From Raillietiella orientalis (taxonomy: Eukaryota): a stretch of 64,000 nucleotides of DNA. Below are positions 40,950 through 52,732 of this stretch, piece by piece. The notes under the pieces are model-generated. The model worked only from the letters and a program-made list of their open reading frames with translations. It was not told the origin of the DNA and did not search any database. Every line of letters begins with the position of its first letter. The first letter of the stretch is position 1. The stretch is taken from the NCBI GenBank assembly GCA_036172245.1, contig JAYWIR010000043.1, positions 682,001 to 746,000 of the forward strand, written 5' to 3'. A program made the position numbers and the translations under genes.

Positions 40950-42095
40950 CCACTTTAAGGGGAGGGTGCGGGTGTTCATGAGCACCGGGAGCTACTGCAC
41001 GCCTTCCTCCGGAATACCCAGTAGCACGCTCCAGCGCATAATTTCATGAGGTCGAGCGATCGGGGTCGCAGCTTCGGTGAGCTAATCCGTCGTCCACTCT
41101 CCCAGTCCTTTTCTCCTTCCGGAGATTCCCACAGTAACCTCCCATCTAGCCGTAAAGCTGTTCCCTGAGGGAGGGCAGCGCGGCGGCGAGGGAGCATCTG
41201 CTTGCCCATGCACTCTTCTGGGAATATTTGAGGATCTCCCGGAGCGTGCAGTTGTTGTTACGAGCGTACAGGAAACGTCGCACCTGTTCCGCACCAGGCT
41301 CCTGGATCCTCGATCACGTGTGAACGGTTTTCTGCAACCTACCATTCGCGGAACTGCTTTGGTGAGGGGAGATGCTCAGCGTGCCTCCCGAAGAATCTGG
41401 TCCCCCCTTCGTTTCTGGATACTTCGGCGCTCTCCTTGAGGTGGGACAGGATCTGCAGCAGCACTGTGTGTTGCGCACCGGGGTTCCCCGTACAATCAGC
41501 GCCGGCTCCTTGTTTCCGGGGAGTCGCATCCCCACGCAGCTTGAGCTGCGGGAACGATCCGATCGTGCCGCACCTTAAGCGGTTGCTGGACTGCACTGCC
41601 CTATGAGAACTGTGGCAGAGTCTGGCATCGGTGCTGCTGCAGCTGGAGGACACCACCAAGGACTTGCCCCGGCGATTCTTGCCCTGCGATTCTTTGCGCG
41701 CGGGGGACTTTCGGCAGCCGCCGTTACCGCGACTTTGCGCTGCACCCGCGCCACCGTCTACAGTTCTCCAAGTGCTGGAGTCTCGAGAGCAGCGGAGGGA
41801 GGGGAACCGCATGGCAGCCATCTACATGGGGACGCCCGCGAGGTGTCCTCACCTGGAAGAAGTCGAGTCGGAGATCGCCGGCGTTCTGTGCCGACTGTAA
41901 GCGAGAGGGAGCCGCCGAAACCAAAGACCCTTTTCCATCTATTTGTTTATGTCTTGCCCCCCTTTCTTCCGCTCCTGATGGTCGGTGAACCCTCTTCTGG
42001 AGCTTCTTTCTTGTCGTTTTTGTTTCGGGAACGACGTTCCCAACTTGCTTGTTCGTTCCTTCAAGACAAGCGCCCAGCGTGACCGGGTAAAAAAC
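40950..42095 (+). mobile_element. L1/Tx1-like 3' end
   Basis: FVSGYFGALLEVGQ and RFFARGGLSAAAVTATLRCTRA. Terminal hairpin cccag-cgtga-ccggg-taaaaaa at 42073-42094. Confidence 0.7.
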
Positions 42096-43243
42096 TGCAC
42101 AGTTCATAGGGGGTCATTTTTGGTGATTGGAAACCGCAGCTAGTTTCCTCCACGGACTCTGAGTTGGTTCAACTGCTTTTGCTTGCGGCTGGTTTTTCGC
42201 ACATTGGGAGAACAAAGCTTTATAATCCGTTTTGCTCTCCAATACTCTTTTGGAGGCACAGATGTGATCTTTGCATCCTCGAAGTTGCTGCTCTGTCTGA
42301 GTCTCAAATTCAAGGGATGCCGAAGTGGTTCCTGGAACAAACTGATGATACTAGCAGAAACTGAGGTGATCGACGTCGATGAGAACCCAACTTCCGCACA
42401 ATTCGAGCTTGAATTTGACCTTTGACCTTCGCCTATAGAATTGACGTCGTCCTTCTGCCAAATGCCAGCAGTTTGAATACCTGGCTGGCCTTGACTTTTC
42501 TTCTTTTCAAATGAAACTTCGTCTCGCTGCACTACTCTTGGTCTACTGCTTAATTAATCTGGAAGAAGCAGTAAGGATTCTGCTTCTGAAACAGCTTGCC
42601 TTGAATGCACCACCGTGAGTAGCTCTCTGATTCTGTGCAACGATTGCGCCATTCGAAGAAGCATCAACCCCGGAAGCAACGCTCGAATCCTCCATCGATC
42701 GCTTTTCAAGTGAAATTCCATATTTCGCAGAATCCTCTTTTAAAATCGCAGTAAAGCTTAGAGCAGAAGACATCATTCCGATGGATATCATTCCGACTAC
42801 ACAAGGAGGACCAAACGGATATCGGAATTCAATCGTTAGTGGTTTGCTAGCTGTGGAATCGCATCCTTCTTGTTTAAGAGCAGGCTTTCCAAAAGTCCAT
42901 GTTCAGATCAGGGCTGCGGCTCAAATCTTGCCAGGAAAACTCGGACTCGTCCAGGTCGCTTTGTGATGTTGCCCTTTCTTAGAAGAGATCGCCGAGTGTT
43001 TTCCAAGGAAGTTCTCGAGAAAGCCAATCAAATGTATTGAGTAATGGTATCGCACTGCTGATTAGCAGTAAACAGAGCGCTGCAAAATGAGAAGCAGTAG
43101 CAGATTTCGAGTTCAAATCACTTCAACACTCCTTCCAATTTCAATTAAGGCAGCTTCATGTGATTAGGAGCACAAAAATATTTTCCAAGAGTGTGAAAAA
43201 ACACGGGGCTAAATTGGGTGTGGCTGACACCTGAACGATGCCT

Positions 43244-43249
43244 TATAAA
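43244..43249 (+). promoter_or_regulatory. Putative TATA box of the astacin gene
   Basis: TATAAA about 60 nt upstream of ATG 43310. Confidence 0.4.
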
Positions 43250-43309
43250 GAGCTGATGAAGCCTTGCTAAGACTTGGTACTTCCGTGGATTTCAGTGATT
43301 GATCGGATC

Positions 43310-46300
43310 ATGAATCTAAAATTTTTATTCCTAAGTGTGAGTGGAAGATTATTTACTACCTCGAAATGACTCCGATTTCAGGTAGCTGTGGCTTTCCTAG
43401 TGGATGCCACCCAAAAGGAGCATAGCTGGAGCGACAGGTCGCTGAATTTTTTTTCCTCATTTTTCATGACGATCAGTGAATTCTCTTAAGGGGTCGCGAT
43501 GAGCACAAGACGGGTGAAATTTTCTGTACGAATGGGTCTTCGCGCTCCCCCCGTGCCTAAGAATGCCTAAGGCAAAAAAAGTACAAGAATGCATTTGCGC
43601 GCACTTACGGAGGTCTCGTAGTACTTCCCTTAGCGATCAGTTCGGGATGCATTTCAAACGCAGCCACCAGGACTGCATCCGTGTCATCAATCCTTTAGCA
43701 CAGTACGCATAGCTGCGCTCTTGAAGATTGTTAATGGAGACAACGTGTTGTGCGTCCGAAATGCTCGAAAGCAGGAAAAGTCCTTTCTCTCGAATCTTCA
43801 GATTCACAGTGCAACAGTCGAGTGGAGGTGTTCATCTGAAATGCATCCCTCACAGAGGTCCCTCTTGTGGATTTTTGGTTTTTTGGCTTTACTCTCAGTT
43901 CAGAACACGAAGAACATAACTTTCCAAAGCGCTTCTTGTGTGCATCGTTTATCATTCAAACACATTTGAAGAGAGAAAGCAACTGCTTCTCTTCTGGACG
44001 TGCTGAATGTAAAAGACCGCAGGCAGGCAGACCCAGAGCTGTTCTCCACGTCTTCCGCTCCACCAGTGCATCGAGAGTCCCGTGAATCACGAGACAACGA
44101 ATTCACACGAAAAGTCTTGTTGTTTCTGTAGTCTTAATTCTTTCAAGAGATCCTTCATATCTCTCGAAGCACGAGAGCCTATCAGCCGTCTCGGGCACTG
44201 CGGGCTGCTGTATCTGTCTTGGATTACCACTTTCCCAGATCCCTCTCTCTGATTCGTTCAGTTACTTGTGTTCTTTGAAATCGATGGTATCCTTTCGAAT
44301 GTGTCCTCTAACGTTTCTACTAACGAGAGCCTCTAGAGGCATCGAAGCGAAAGAATGCTTCCAGCGTGCCTTCTTTTTAAAAGAAGAATGCCTCTAGATT
44401 TCACCACAAGGGGCTAAGAGGGCGCACCGTCTCTCAACACAAGGAAATCTGGCAGGAGAACGAAAAGATAGAAGACAATAGTACCGACACAGAGGTAATG
44501 TGTTCGTTCATTAGTAAAAGTACACTTTCCAGCAGTTGTTTCATCCTCAGTATTCTCCATTCACACTGTTTGCTGGGGATCTCCTTTTAACACCGGAACA
44601 GATGCTGCAAATCCAAGAAAAGTCCTGCTTTTCAAGCAACCTGTGGCCGAAGTCTAATGGACTCGTCAATATACCCTATGCAATTGATCCGAATGGTATA
44701 CGTATTATTAACTTCTTTCCTACCTTACTGTAATGATGTGCGACCTGGGAGGTACAAACCGAGCAATAGGTACTCGCTTTTCCTTGTCTGTAGATTCCAC
44801 TCGATAGCGACTCATGTTTTTGTCTAACGTGTCCAGCGGCAGAAAGGTGGTTTGCGGGAGGAAATCCAATGTCCTCCACGCTAAACTGGTGGACGTTACC
44901 ATCACAGGCAACTTTTGCTTATGATGGTAACGTAGTGAGCCACGAGTCCCCCGGAAAGCCTTCGGGACGGATTTCTCATCCACACGAAGTTTTATCTGAT
45001 GCTGCGGGCAAAGTTCCTGGATTGCGCATTGCGGAGAATCTGTGGAGAGACACTTTGACGGTCAGCCGTAGGAATCGAGCCTCCAGGATGCTGGCACGGC
45101 TATCTTTTCACCACGGCTGCGAGCAACACTTCCTGACGCGAGGGGAACCCTCAAAGTAATCTGGCTTGCCGTTCTCTTCTCTTGTGCTTCCTGCTGATAA
45201 CTCGACCTTTCCCCAAGAAAACAAGACTCCAGTTCGTCAGATACATCTGAAAGTCGCCCAAACACCGAAGTGAACCGCGAACGTATTCCATCCATTTTTA
45301 ACTTTCCCTTCCAGTGATTCCCGAAATTGTGAAGCTGATTCCTGGTGCTGTAAGGAACTACGCAGAAAAAACCTGCATACGTTTCCAAAAAGTGTCTGAT
45401 ACAACCACAACGTTTCACGTGAGAATCCTACCTAGCGGTGGCTGTGTCTCCATCATTGGTACTCAAAAGGGTCTCGTGGTATTGGAAATTATCAGTATGT
45501 CTATCTTGGATCAAACTGCTTATCGGTAAAATTGTTTTTGGTTATGAGGCTTCGAGTGGATATGAGTAGCTACAGGGATACGAATGCCGTGTATGTATTC
45601 GGGCCGTGATCGCTGCTTGAGCGAGACGGCCACCGATTGTACAGTAGCGCCTAAGAAAGGCGTTCCTTGATCGACAGCAAGCAAATAATTCCCAGCTTGG
45701 TCGCAAAATCGCTTACTGCTTCCCAGCACCTGAGTGGGGGCGTGGGACCGTGCCCCTTGCATTGCCCTCTGCAGTGCTAGCCGTGGCGCTCTCTTTGCTT
45801 CCTTCGCATGTGCGCAACGTTGATTTTCCTTGCCGCTGCTTGGGCGCCCTTCCCTATTCGACACCCCTCCCACTCATCTCACGCACTTCGCTTGGTTTGG
45901 TCGTTTCCAAGCAGCGAGGATTTTCGGACAGAAGGGCATCCGATGATCACGGAAAATTCGATGCCGATCAGCATCACTCGCGAATAGGAAGTGTGCTGCA
46001 CGGCAACCCAATGCCACGAGAATGAAGACGTTTCGCCGCTTCCCCACGAAATTAGGTATTGTTTTCCGGCGTGACCTATTCCCTCTCCATCAGCAACATC
46101 GGTAATTAGCTTGTCGAGCAGAACGTCATTGCATTGTGTATGAACATCTGCAAAAGCCTGTGAATCTTGACGGACATGATGAATGCACACCAGAACGGTG
46201 ATGCTTTCCAATTGGTGACGATGCCCATTGTCCGCATGAAGAGCTACTCATATCCATTCGAAATCATCATCCGTCTACTGAACTTCAGCTGATGACCTCG

Positions 46301-49300
46301 GGATGTGTGTTTTTCAGTTGAGCACAGTGGTGCACGAATTCGGACACACCACTGGCTTGTTCCACGAGCAGAACCGTCCAGACAGAGATCAATACATAGA
46401 TGTGAATTTTAATAATGTGCCACTATCCAGTAGAAAGAGCTTCGAATTAAAGGTGTGCGAAACTTATGACGTGCCCTACGACTACACCGGCGTCATGCAG
46501 TATTCATTCGATGTAAGTATACTGCATGGTTTTCTAGGGCATGGGGCTTTTTGCGAAGGGCTCCATCATCTGAGAATCACCCTGACAACTGAAGCGAACA
46601 AAGATGAAAGTGTGCGGCCTCAGAAACTCCACCAAGCTCAAAGCAATTTCCGAGCTGAAAGCCTCACCGATGCTCCCACCTTTCCTCACAGTGAACTGTC
46701 TCCGCTCTCCGCAAGTGATGCGTCTTCCAACGTTCGAATGTCGAAGATGAATGGCTTTCAATTTGGTCCCCTCAAAGTGCCCACTCGTGAACGAATTTTT
46801 CAACTGATAATGATTTCTGTGCAATCATTACAATACTGCGGAGCTCCGAAAGGCAGCAAACGTAGACATCCTTAAACACCTTGTCGAACTGGCACCTCCG
46901 TTTGCCGACAGCTAGAATCTCAATGCTGCAGTCCAAGTGCAGCCGCATTCTTACATTCGAAGGAGGTTGAACAAGATGATCAAGATGAAACGAGGATGTA
47001 TACTAATTTGCATGTCAGTACACTGCACACACCGTACCTTATGAGCGCAGTCCCGACCTTCCCTTTCAGTTCTTTTTTTTTTGATCCTCTGATCGATTCT
47101 CCATCATCTTTATTCACTCTTGCTCTTCATTTCTTCGGTCGGCTGACGATCCCCGTGAAGCAGCGGCTGGTCTCTTCTGCAATGCTTGCAGGTCAGCAGG
47201 CCAAGTTTCCGCTGCCTGCCCTGTGGCTGACCATCACTGTAGCGTTTCCTTTTTTTTTTTTTCACAATGGCGGCAACAAAACTGCGATACCTTAACTTAT
47301 CGCTCGGGGATGATGCAGGGCGACACAAAATACTTGACTGTAAATCACGAGGAATCACGGATCTCATTTAGAAAGTCAGATTGCAAAGATCTCATTCCAC
47401 GGTGCATGCAGCATCTCTCGTTCCAATTTTTCGTTGCAATAGGAAATAAATACACGCTCCCTAGTGACGGCGCCGCAAATTCTTGTTGACCGAACCCTTC
47501 AACCCTCGCGAAGGACTGGTCTGGAGGCAGCAGACAGGCAAAGTAGAGAGAGTTCTCTTTCCGGAAGGAAGAACGCGCGATGGAAAAGACTTCCTCCAAA
47601 GCAGACCGTCTTTGTGGGGAGGGGCCGCGCTACCCATCTGCAACTTTCATCTAGGCGCAGCACTGTAGATGAAAGTTGCAGCCTCTCAGCGGCAAACGTT
47701 GCCCATGCGACTCAGCAGCCATCAACGTGTAACTGCTAGGTGAAAGCATCCAGGTGTTCCCGGGAATCCTTTCATGCTTCTGATAAACAAGGCAAAGAGC
47801 GAGAGCGAGATTGGCACCCTTCTGAGGAGTTTGTAGTGACGGTTGAATGCTTCGAATCCAATGGACGCGTCAATTGACGGTGGCAAGAAAAGTACGCCTT
47901 CCGAATCAGAAAGCGTCTCCGTAAATAATTCTCTATGCCTTTCGGAAAATGAATGATTGTAGAAAACTCCATGAACTTCGCCATTGTGACTGCGTGGTCC
48001 TTTGCATTGCAGTTGTTTTCAAGCAACGGAGCCCCAACGATGGCTACTAAAGACATCCTCATGCAGCCGATTCTTGCATACAACGAAGAAGGCTTAAGCC
48101 ACATGGATGCCCTGCAGATAAACAAAGCATATGGATGCATCAGTAAGATGAGCAATCCACCTTAGAAAAGGGTCATTTGCAGAAAAGCCGATTGGCTAAA
48201 GAAGTGCAAGAAATCCAGTGATCCTTGCATGAACTATGGTTACCTCGGAGCCAACTGCGAGTGTGTATGCCCACGTGGGACGGAAGGAAAAAAGTGTGAA
48301 AAGAAAACTGGGAGCTACTACCGTAAGTGAGGAAATGTTCCTTCATTCCAGTCCTTTCTTTGCCCTTGATCCCCAAAAGTCCTCAGTAGACTGACAATTC
48401 AAAATCAATGAGGGTATCCAATTTGTCTTCTCTCCCTTCTGCTATTGTTGAAGCTGCGCTGCACCAGTAAATCTTCTCCAGCCCCCAACCCGCTCAACTG
48501 CGGAGGCAAGATAACGACCGAGACCACGATATCCACTCCCAAAGGACATCCAGTTGGTTCATGCATTTGGCTGATAGAAGCGAAAAAATGCGAGCAGGTT
48601 GAGCTGACCTTCAAGGATGTTTCCTTCTATGGAGCTAATAATTGCGCATTGGAATCTCTTACTATTCGTGCACATGACCTGTACAGAGGAGAAACGTGAG
48701 TACTTTCCTTTTTTGTCTGCTTGTTTGCACGCATGCCTTCGGACAAGTTGCTCACGTGTCTTCATGCTGACCATTCTGTACGCTCATGGATCGGCACCTC
48801 TCCTATCCATTCTGCTCCCGAAAATCACTTTCTTATGCCGTATAGGAATCCTAAAGATTCCACCGAACTCTTCCGCAGTTCAGAAAGAAAGAATCTTTGT
48901 CAGGGGGGGGGGGGGCATCCGACGAATTCCTTCCGATGCGCTTCGGTTAAATGTCTGTGAAAACTGAGCTCTGAATCAGAAAAGGATCGTTTCGCTGCAG
49001 CCCTGAGGGTGTTGACAATTGGATTTGCGTGCTTTGCAGAAACAAACTGGGTCACAATTTGACGCTTCACGTGCGCTTCCGGTTTCGCTCGTATGCATCG
49101 CGTGATCGATGCCTTGAGTGCTTGGTTGAGTGGAAAAGTCGTAACGGCAACCTCTTTTCTCCAACACCGCCTTTCCAGGTATTGCTATAACGGGTCCATA
49201 CAAAAAGGAGAATCTTTCTATTCAACGAACGGCACGTTGATCGTTTTTTGGAACAGCAGGGTGAGAAACGGATGGACAGGATTCGAGGCCGAGGTGACGT

Positions 49301-49320
49301 TCTATAGGGGGAGATGCTAA
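43310..49320 (+). CDS. Secreted astacin (M12A) metalloprotease with EGF-like and CUB domains (BP10/SpAN-like architecture); two apparent 1-nt frameshifts, possible pseudogene
   Basis: Exons 43310-43336, 43382-43437, 44398-44494, 44536-44695, 45315-45525, 46318-46512, 48013-48142, 48183-48322, 48482-48695 and 49179-49320. Signal peptide MNLKFLFLSVAVAFLVDA, propeptide FAGDL, HEFGHTTGLFHEQNRPDRD, Met-turn GVMQY, EGF CMNYGY..CECVCPRG..C, CUB CGG..CIWLI..GFEA. Confidence 0.88.
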
Positions 49321-49409
49321 GTTGATGTCTTGAACCACGAGAAAGTCACGCAACAAAGAAGGAAAAACTGTCATTTTTGTCTTCATGTTGAGGGAGAAAC
49401 TGAGGCTTC

Positions 49410-50110
49410 AAATGCTACTTTAGCAATAGGCGGTTGTGAATGAATCGCCACAGCTGCACGCTGCAGATTTTGCCCGCGCCTAGAATGGATGCTGCGCGGA
49501 GACTTTCTAACAGATGCCGTTCATTACGTGGATCCAGGCAGTCGCGGTGTCTGATCATTTCCTTCACCACCAGCGATTGCCCTATGGAGTATGCCACGTC
49601 CAGTGCAGCCGGGAAGTCTCTCGGGCGAAGCGCATACTTTGGCTCCTCGCACGATCTCCGGTATGATGATTTTCCCCGTTGAAGCTCAAAAGCGTTCCGT
49701 CTCAGCATTGCGCGCATCCCTGCGTCCCCGTGCTAACATTCTAAACCGTGTTTTTTGTGTCTCTGTGTCGCATCCCATCGTTCTTCCTAAGCTTCATCCG
49801 CAATTCCACAAAATCGATATACCAGACGTGCATCGGATTCTGCCTCAAGCACAGATTCATTGCGCTTGAAACATGAGAAAGCTTCTGCCCTGGACAGACG
49901 ACTGTGCATTCTCTCTGCACCCCAGGCTGCGTGGGGATGCCACCGGAAACCACCCGCAAACGAGGCGCTGATTGCACGGGGAATACCAGTGCACAAAGCA
50001 CAGTGCTGCACATCCTGTTCCTACTTCAAGGAGAGCACCGAAGTGTCCAGAAACAAAAGTGTTCTTGAAAATTGGTGTCAGCCGAACAGCAGAAGAACAA
50101 TTCAAATGGA
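49410..50110 (-). mobile_element. L1/Tx1-like C-terminal fragment
   Basis: FVSGHFGALLEVG..FVHWYSPCNQRL is homologous to 41400-41520. Confidence 0.65.
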
Positions 50111-50163
50111 TAGAGTCTAGAAGAAGGGTCGATTACCATTCCCTTCAACAGTGGAAATCATCC

Positions 50164-50210
50164 AGACCGTAACCACATGGCCCGCGTCGGAGGCCATGTG
50201 GTTACGGTCT
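50164..50210. repeat. Perfect 19-bp inverted repeat with 9-nt loop at the 5' end of SINE-like copy A
   Basis: agaccgtaaccacatggcc-cgcgtcgga-ggccatgtggttacggtct. Confidence 0.95.
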
Positions 50211-50430
50211 CCGCGTGTGGCACCTGGCGTTGAGAGTTCGAATACTCTGCAAGAATCGACGGAAAGAGTTTGTGCACGTCGTGGGTTCGAGTCGGAGACC
50301 CTCCGTAGAGTAGGTGTGTCGCCACATCTCTAAAGTTCCATAGAAGCGTACCGCTTTCTTCGGGGAGAGCCCTTCTGAATTTCGGAAGCGTCCCTTCGGG
50401 GTTCTCTTCAGAGGAGTAAACAGGAGCAGT
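50185..50430 (+). mobile_element. SINE-like element, short internally deleted copy A
   Basis: Homologous in inverted orientation to 51075-51181 and 50745-50880. B-box-like GTTCGAAT at ~50236. Confidence 0.6.
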
Positions 50431-50476
50431 TCCAAACAAGTAAACAGGACGATGGAAATCCTTCTTTGCTTTCAAA

Positions 50477-51181
50477 TTTTTTTTTTTTTTGGGGGGGAGG
50501 GGTCGCTGGGTACTTCAGTACCAGCGGCCCAAGCAGCTCTTTGAGACTGTTCCCCACCCCACCCGAAGGTGCGTGTCAATTCTTCAAGATACCAAGAGAC
50601 CGCCTCTCACGCCTGGGGAGGCTCCCAGCCCTGGTTGTCTCCGAAGGGATCCGGGAAGAGAATCCTCCTTCTTTACTCTCTCCAGAGGAACGCCGAAGGG
50701 GTGCGCTCCATGTTTTCTTCTCCGAAGGGAACCCGCAAGGGATCCGCTCCTGTTTTTATTCCTCCGAAGAGAACCCAGAAGGGACGCTTCAAAAATTCAG
50801 AAGGACGCAGTTTCCCCGAAAGGATCGGCTCGATTCTCTGCACTCCCTGGAGAGGTGGTAGCAACACACCTACTCCATCAGTCTGACACGGAGGGGTATG
50901 CCCCGGAATGGGAGTCCGCTCCTTCACAACCGGAGGGGAGCTCCCACTCCGTGATTCCTGGAATGACCCGGGGGTCGACTCCCATTTGTCCCGGCCCTCA
51001 TCGGGGGCATCCGGTTTGAACCGCTACCGGTCCCGCACCCGGATGAATGTAGACCAAGCAGCGTCATCTTGTGGGGTGAACTCGGGACCCACGACGCACT
51101 GAGTCGAATCCTTCGGAGTATTCAAACCCACGACGCATGGTGCCACAGGCGGAGACCACCGTAACCACACGGCCTCCGACG
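50477..51181 (-). mobile_element. SINE-like element, ~700-nt copy B with tRNA-like head, ~41-bp tandem repeats and A-tail
   Basis: Head GGCCGTGTGGTTA..CTGTGGC..GGTTTGAATAC. Four repeat units start at ~50639, 50680, 50720 and 50762. A T-run at 50477-50490 forms the minus-strand A tail. Confidence 0.6.
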
Positions 51182-52418
51182 GGTTATTCGTGAAATGATG
51201 CACAAGATAAGAGTGTTTGTTTTCTTCGGAGACAATGTCAAGCATTCAGAGCACGTAGTCGCATGTTGCCAAGACACGACTCACATGCTGCAGCTCTTAA
51301 AAGACTGGAACGATTCCAATTTTACGCTGAGGATCAACATGCATTTTGTCTGGTTCACAAGAACCTGCTAGTAAACCTTCACTGGATGCCAGATTCCTCT
51401 CTTGAGATTCCCTCTGCTTCCACAGGTGGTCATACGAATCTTTCATCGCTATTCGCTCGAGGTATTCTCGTGAGATTACGGTTCTTGTAACCTTTATTCC
51501 TTCTATTGGTCTCTTTCGTTTTCAATGGAGGCTCGAGCGAATTATTTGGATGGGAGCATCGAGAATCACGCATGGATGATGTACAGCAAAGGTGAATGAA
51601 ATGCAACAATTACCGTGAGCATGGACAATAACGACAGCTGAGCAGCAATGAGGATATATCCAACAAGGATGGAGCAAGTGCTCAACTTCTATGGAGAGGA
51701 TTCCTATGTAAAAAGCTTCTTATCGCGAAAATCCCACTAGAGCATTGACGCATTCTCTGCACATCATGCGTTCATGAGGTGACAATTTTGTCTCCTATGC
51801 TCAACACTGGAATGTAAGGCATCCGGTTGCCCGGAGGCAAAACCTTTGAGTTCCTAGGGAATGCTTCCCTTAGAGCAGCGCAGCTGACCACTGGATGAGG
51901 TTCCGTCCGAAGGTGAAAATTTCCCCTGGAAAAAGGAAAAGAAAAATTCCTAATCTTCTCCCACAGCATGATGGTCTGTTCGGCCGGCAACCGCTCAATT
52001 TTCGTGATGGAGTACATAAGAACAGAGGACAGAATAGAAAAGGGAGCTTTGCCTATTGTTTAGCAGCGACACTCTGCGTGCATTCGTTAAATTAGCTGGA
52101 CGTGATCAACTTGGATATGTTTTTTTCAATTTCAGAGCCAACGAATTGTTTCTTTAGCAGTTCCAAGAGGGCACTAGAGATAGTTTTTCTTCCCAGTTAA
52201 AGTTTACCAGAGTGATTCACGAGAGTTGCATAAGGAAAACTCCACGGGAACTTGTCACAGCCTTGTGAACGAATGAGGCTCACCTTTCGGAGCTAGGGAA
52301 TGCCTGAAACCATCCACATGGAGCCTCCCCCTCATAGGGGCGCAAGTTCCGAGGGAGAGCCGGGCAAAGTGCCCAACAGCCCTTGGAGTTGATTTTGTGT
52401 GTGTGTGTTTTTTACTTC

Positions 52419-52732
52419 TTAGCCGCCGAATCCGTACAGTGTACGTCCCTATCTTTTCAAGGTGTACACGACGTCCATAGCAGTCACGGTCTCCTTCTTC
52501 GCATGCTCGGTGTGAGTGACAGCATCACGGATCGCGTTTTCCAGGAACACTTTCGAGACACCACGGGTTTCCTCCTAGGTCAGTCCGTAGGTGCGCTTCA
52601 CTCCGCCACGGCGAGCCAAACGACGGATTCGTGAGCTTCGTGATTCCTTGGATGTTTAGGGACGCAACACCTCGAGGTGACGCTTCACGCCTCCTTTCCC
52701 CAGATCTTTACCACCTTTACCATTCCAGTCAT
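52419..52732 (-). pseudogene. H4: Histone H4 pseudogene
   Basis: [97 protein letters not shown], with frameshifts and two internal stops. Confidence 0.95.

Noticed and set aside
43486..43633. ttaagggg...cccttag as a TTAA-flanked Kolobok/piggyBac-type MITE
   Set aside because: The inverted match is only about 6 bp, with no second TTAA and no other copy in the window.
50630..50800. ~41-bp periodic repeats as a CRISPR array
   Set aside because: Degenerate tandem units with no unique spacers, eukaryotic context and no cas genes.
51105..51181. Functional tRNA-His gene
   Set aside because: Only box-like and anticodon-loop-like motifs. I could not build a complete cloverleaf, and it heads a longer repeated element.
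52362..52374. gggcactttgccc hairpin as the histone 3' stem-loop
   Set aside because: Does not match the 6-bp stem, 4-nt loop consensus GGYYYTTYHARRRCC.
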